A DNA stretch of 64,000 bases. It comes from Selaginella moellendorffii (Eukaryota > Plantae > Lycopodiophyta). Shown piece by piece: positions 60,601-64,000 of the stretch. Position numbers and translations under genes: made by a program. A model generated the notes under the pieces. That model worked only from the letters and a program-made list of their open reading frames with translations. It did no database searches and was not told the origin of the DNA. Every line of letters starts with the position of its first letter. The stretch's first letter is position 1. The DNA is taken from assembly GCF_000143415.4 (NCBI RefSeq), contig NW_003314295.1:1659950-1723949 (forward strand), read 5' to 3'.

Positions 60601-63600
60601 GTTTTACCTGACTTGGGAGGACCAACCAGCAAACACATCCACCCCTTCCCTATGCAATGCATGATCGACTCCAATGTACTTCCAGTACCAGAGAGGACCT
60701 GAAGGTGCTTCAAGCTATCCTTTCTAGAACTCCCGAGATCCATCCGCTTCAAGTGTGCCAGTCCAACTGTGATATTCTTCGCGGACATTATGATGTCTGG
60801 TAGTGCGTATCTAGCAGAAGGATTCCCAAAAACACGCTTAAAAAGGTTTGCCGCGGCATCTCGATCTTCTAGAGTTCGCAACCGTTGAATATAGACGAGC
60901 TGAACGAAATGCGACATTATCTCGTACTCGGTCCGAAAACAGAAAGGAGAACCTGCAAGAGTATATTTACTTTCAACCCCGAAACGTTAAAACAAGCAAA
61001 CCTTCTATAAGAGTGCACCACCGCAAAATGTCGCGCAGATTAAACTCCCAAGGTGCGCCTAAGTGACCGTAATTGTGCAAAATCATGGTTTCATAGTACA
61101 GCTGTCTGTTGAACTCTATCATTTTTAAGAGAATGTCCTCTGGGATTGATGGATGCAGTGCTCGAGCAATAAAAAAATAATCGTCGGATGTCAAAGGCTC
61201 GGTGTACACCTGAATAGCAAATCGGGTTCAGTGTACTACTAAACTAGAAGTGCTTACCCTTGTAAAACGATTGAGAAACGATTTCGGAAGCCCTTTCCTG
61301 CCACCACCCTCGTGCAGAGGGTTCTGACAAGCAAACAATCGAAAGGTTGGCGGGCACTCAAATGTCAAGCCCAGCTCGGGTATGAAGACCTCACCACGAT
61401 GGTCCAAACACGAATTCAACCCCTGCGTAGAGCAACAATGTTAAAAAAAACTCAACAAATACCCTGAGTTTGATACCTCGAGGACAGATTGAGAAGCAAG
61501 ATTAAGCTCGTCAAGAAGCACCCAATTCCCAGCTTTCAGGGCCTAGAAACTTAAGCATTAATACAGAGTTGGTAAGTAGAAGAGTAAACACCTGTAGAAA
61601 TACTCCATCTGACCACTGAAATTCACCAGCTTTGCCACCTTCAACAGGTAAATCCGAGCCAAATAGATCAAGGATGTCCGTCTGTATTCAGTATAACACA
61701 GCATGTTACTAGAAACGCACGAACAGAAGCTAACGAACCTGCTCAGAAAGGTTAATTCGAACAACTGTATGTCCAGAGGCAGCCGCTAGCGCAGACACTA
61801 AACTTGTCTTCCCGACACCGGGACTTCCTTCAAGCAAGACTGCACTCCCACACCCAAAATGAGAAATAACGTCAACGTCAAAAAAGATTCACCTGGTTTT
61901 TTCAATTGCATTGCTCGTAAAATTCTCATGACATTCCGTCTTGTTGTCGGTGCGTTGAACTCAAATTTAGTGTTTTGACTGTCAATGTTGCCCTTTGATA
62001 TATAGAACGGATGAATCCCAAAAGAATTTGAACGACTGGTATCAGCTTCTATATAAAAACCTTTGTCAAGAGCGCATGCATTCTCTGCCTCGGATTTGAA
62101 TTCCTGAACAACTTCGAGATCAAAAGCCTGTCAAAAAGGGTATCTAGCATACCTCAGGAAGCAGAGTTAAAAGAAAGTCGACGCACTTTTCTTTCAAATT
62201 CTTTGGAGCTGTGCTTGATAGAGCAGATGCTGTAGTGAAACAATAACATAAGAAACATACATATAAAACGTAATTCCGATCGTACCCAATCCAACACCAT
62301 CAAGGAGGACTAGAAACGCTCCATGAATAAAAGCAGCGTACTTGCCAATCTGAGGGGCGGCATTGTTGATGTACGTTATCCACGAAAGAAGGTCTCTCAC
62401 GGACAATGTTTTCGAGATTTCTTGACGCTGCTGAAACCACTGATCAAAGAGTTTTAGAATACAAGATTAACGCTGCAGACAAACATTTACCTGCCAGAAC
62501 TGAATAAGCGGTTCTACCAGGCACTCCACTTCCGATCCGCTTAGCCTGTGACACAGAATGTCAGTATAGCAAACAACAGGAAAACATATGCCAACCTTTC
62601 CAAAATTATACTTCTTAAATCATCCAAGTCGCAAATTGGTGGCACCCAGACCTCAGTGAACCTGTTTCTTAGTGCCGGAGACAGCTCCTTCTTGCCAAAA
62701 TCTCCACCAGGATTCATTGTTGCCATCAACCTGAATTTCGGGTGTGCTATAATTTCTTCAACGTCGGAACCACCTTTCTCCGCAAGTACGAGAGTGCCGT
62801 TTGGCTCCAGAACACTGTTAAGCCTCTCTAGCACGCTGTCGTCTGCTAGGCTGATCTCATCGACGAGAAATAAATCCCCATTCCGCATGGCATCTACAAG
62901 AGGACCATCATGCCAAACGAAGAGCGACTGCCATTCCTTCCGTAGCTTTTGAAGGGTTGTCACTGTTGAATGGAGAACAGCCTTCTCCTCAGAGCTTATG
63001 AGCACTTCTTCGGACTTCAATACACGCCTAGCAATGTCGATAGTCGCCCCGGAGTCTTCTATCTTCGAGGACAACTGCAAAACAAGTATCAGCTCAAAGT
63101 ATAACAAAACATTCCAGCGATGCTTACGTTATTAGAGAAGCATCCCATCGAATTTAGCGTACATACTGCATCATCATAACGCATTGCGATCTTCTCCCTA
63201 CCCCGAACTGGTCTAAACCCCTGCGTAAATAGAAAGTGAGCACAATGGAAATTCATTAGACAACAGCATACGCCAATAAAATCAGATGTCTCTGTGTGTT
63301 GATGGCAATTTAGAATGTGAAGCTTTTGTTTCAACAGCTGCGCGAGTAGCTGGCAAACAGTAGTTTTTCCACATCCAGTTTCACCGACGAGGAGAAGAGG
63401 TTCATTATGCTCGTTGCACTGCTGCGTGAGATAGAACAATCGCCGCATGCTTTTCATCCAGACGATTCTGTAAGAATTTCACACGTTGAAGGCGAAGAAC
63501 GACACTACAATGACGATCGATACCTTCCTAAGACTGCGGCTTTGCCATCTTGAGTTTGTTGTACGCTCGAAGCTCCAGTAAACTACAACACAGACTGTCT

Positions 63601-64000
63601 GAGTGAGAAAGTACGTAAAAGGAAGTACCTCGTGAACTCTATCAGGATTTATCTTCACTCGTAATTGCTTCTCCAAACTTGTCTGCACTACCACCTTTTC
63701 TTTTGAATCCCGAATTCTTTCTGCGAGCAGAACGTAGCCGTTCCAAGCAAGATCTTCGTATGAGATGCCACTCTGACGATGTCGTTCAGCCCAACGAAAG
63801 AGATCTCGTGGAGTTATGTAGCCGTGCTTCCCAGCAAACACCTTACTACCCTGTCGTTGCCGCTGCAAATCTTTCATGACTTCCACCATCTTCCCGGCAT
63901 AGCTTGCAGCCACGTCGCATCTCTTCTCAAGTATCGTAACAAGCTCGTCCGCTGGGATGTCGTCGACATGGAGCTCAATAAATCTGTTGCGAAATGCACG
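48648..64000 (-). CDS. MDN1: Midasin (MDN1/REA1) AAA-ATPase, 3' portion; 5' end lies beyond the window
   Basis: AAA modules (LVGETGCGKT, DEISLADDSVLERLNSVLE, KELSPALRNRF, GGGRKGLPKSFLNRF, ANLCNPT|VLDRLNSLLE), D/E-rich acidic tail, MIDAS domain (DDSRSM, LQGDYKSGKRLNMKK), and end FPFPYY...LADLLRQ|WFELMQHSAS*. Confidence 0.96.

Noticed and set aside
22763-64000. RH7, PDRG1 and midasin as a ribosome-biogenesis cluster
   Set aside because: Separated by many unrelated genes; co-occurrence is plausible by chance.
1-64000. CRISPR arrays, rRNA or tRNA genes
   Set aside because: None seen; this is eukaryotic nuclear sequence without such repeats or cloverleaf signatures.

Overview
Plant nuclear DNA. 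The ~50-80 bp introns, tiny intergenic spacers and gene set suggest a lycophyte such as Selaginella (inference). Positions 32-259 are the last exon of a Mediator MED20 gene. About 0.3-12 kb is an AT-rich, CpG-depleted transposon graveyard. It holds a duplicated ~0.9 kb segment whose two copies differ by a 370-bp internal inversion. A decayed Ty3/Gypsy LTR element is inserted into the second copy, and a solo-LTR-like element with a perfect CCTTT target-site duplication is inserted into that element's integrase. From ~14.6 kb the window is gene-dense: two LURP-one-related paralogs, BTB-TAZ, MIC10, a PLS-DYW PPR editing factor, DEAD-box helicase RH7, a small HTH-domain gene, unc-13/DUF810, CYSTM, PDRG1, an intronless non-RD kinase, a JAZ/TIFY, a kelch/coiled-coil protein, a SAM methyltransferase, an atypical LRR-RLK, a GDP-fucose transporter, a CBS-domain protein and the 3' part of midasin. 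The most striking unexplained signal is two very dense clusters of P1BS (GNATATNC, PHR1-binding) motifs: 7 in 143 bp between the GDP-fucose transporter and CBS genes, and 5 in 94 bp before CYSTM. Further P1BS sites occur in four other promoters, suggesting a phosphate-starvation-regulated neighbourhood. All gene models were built by eye from splice signals and recalled family motifs; no database searches were run.
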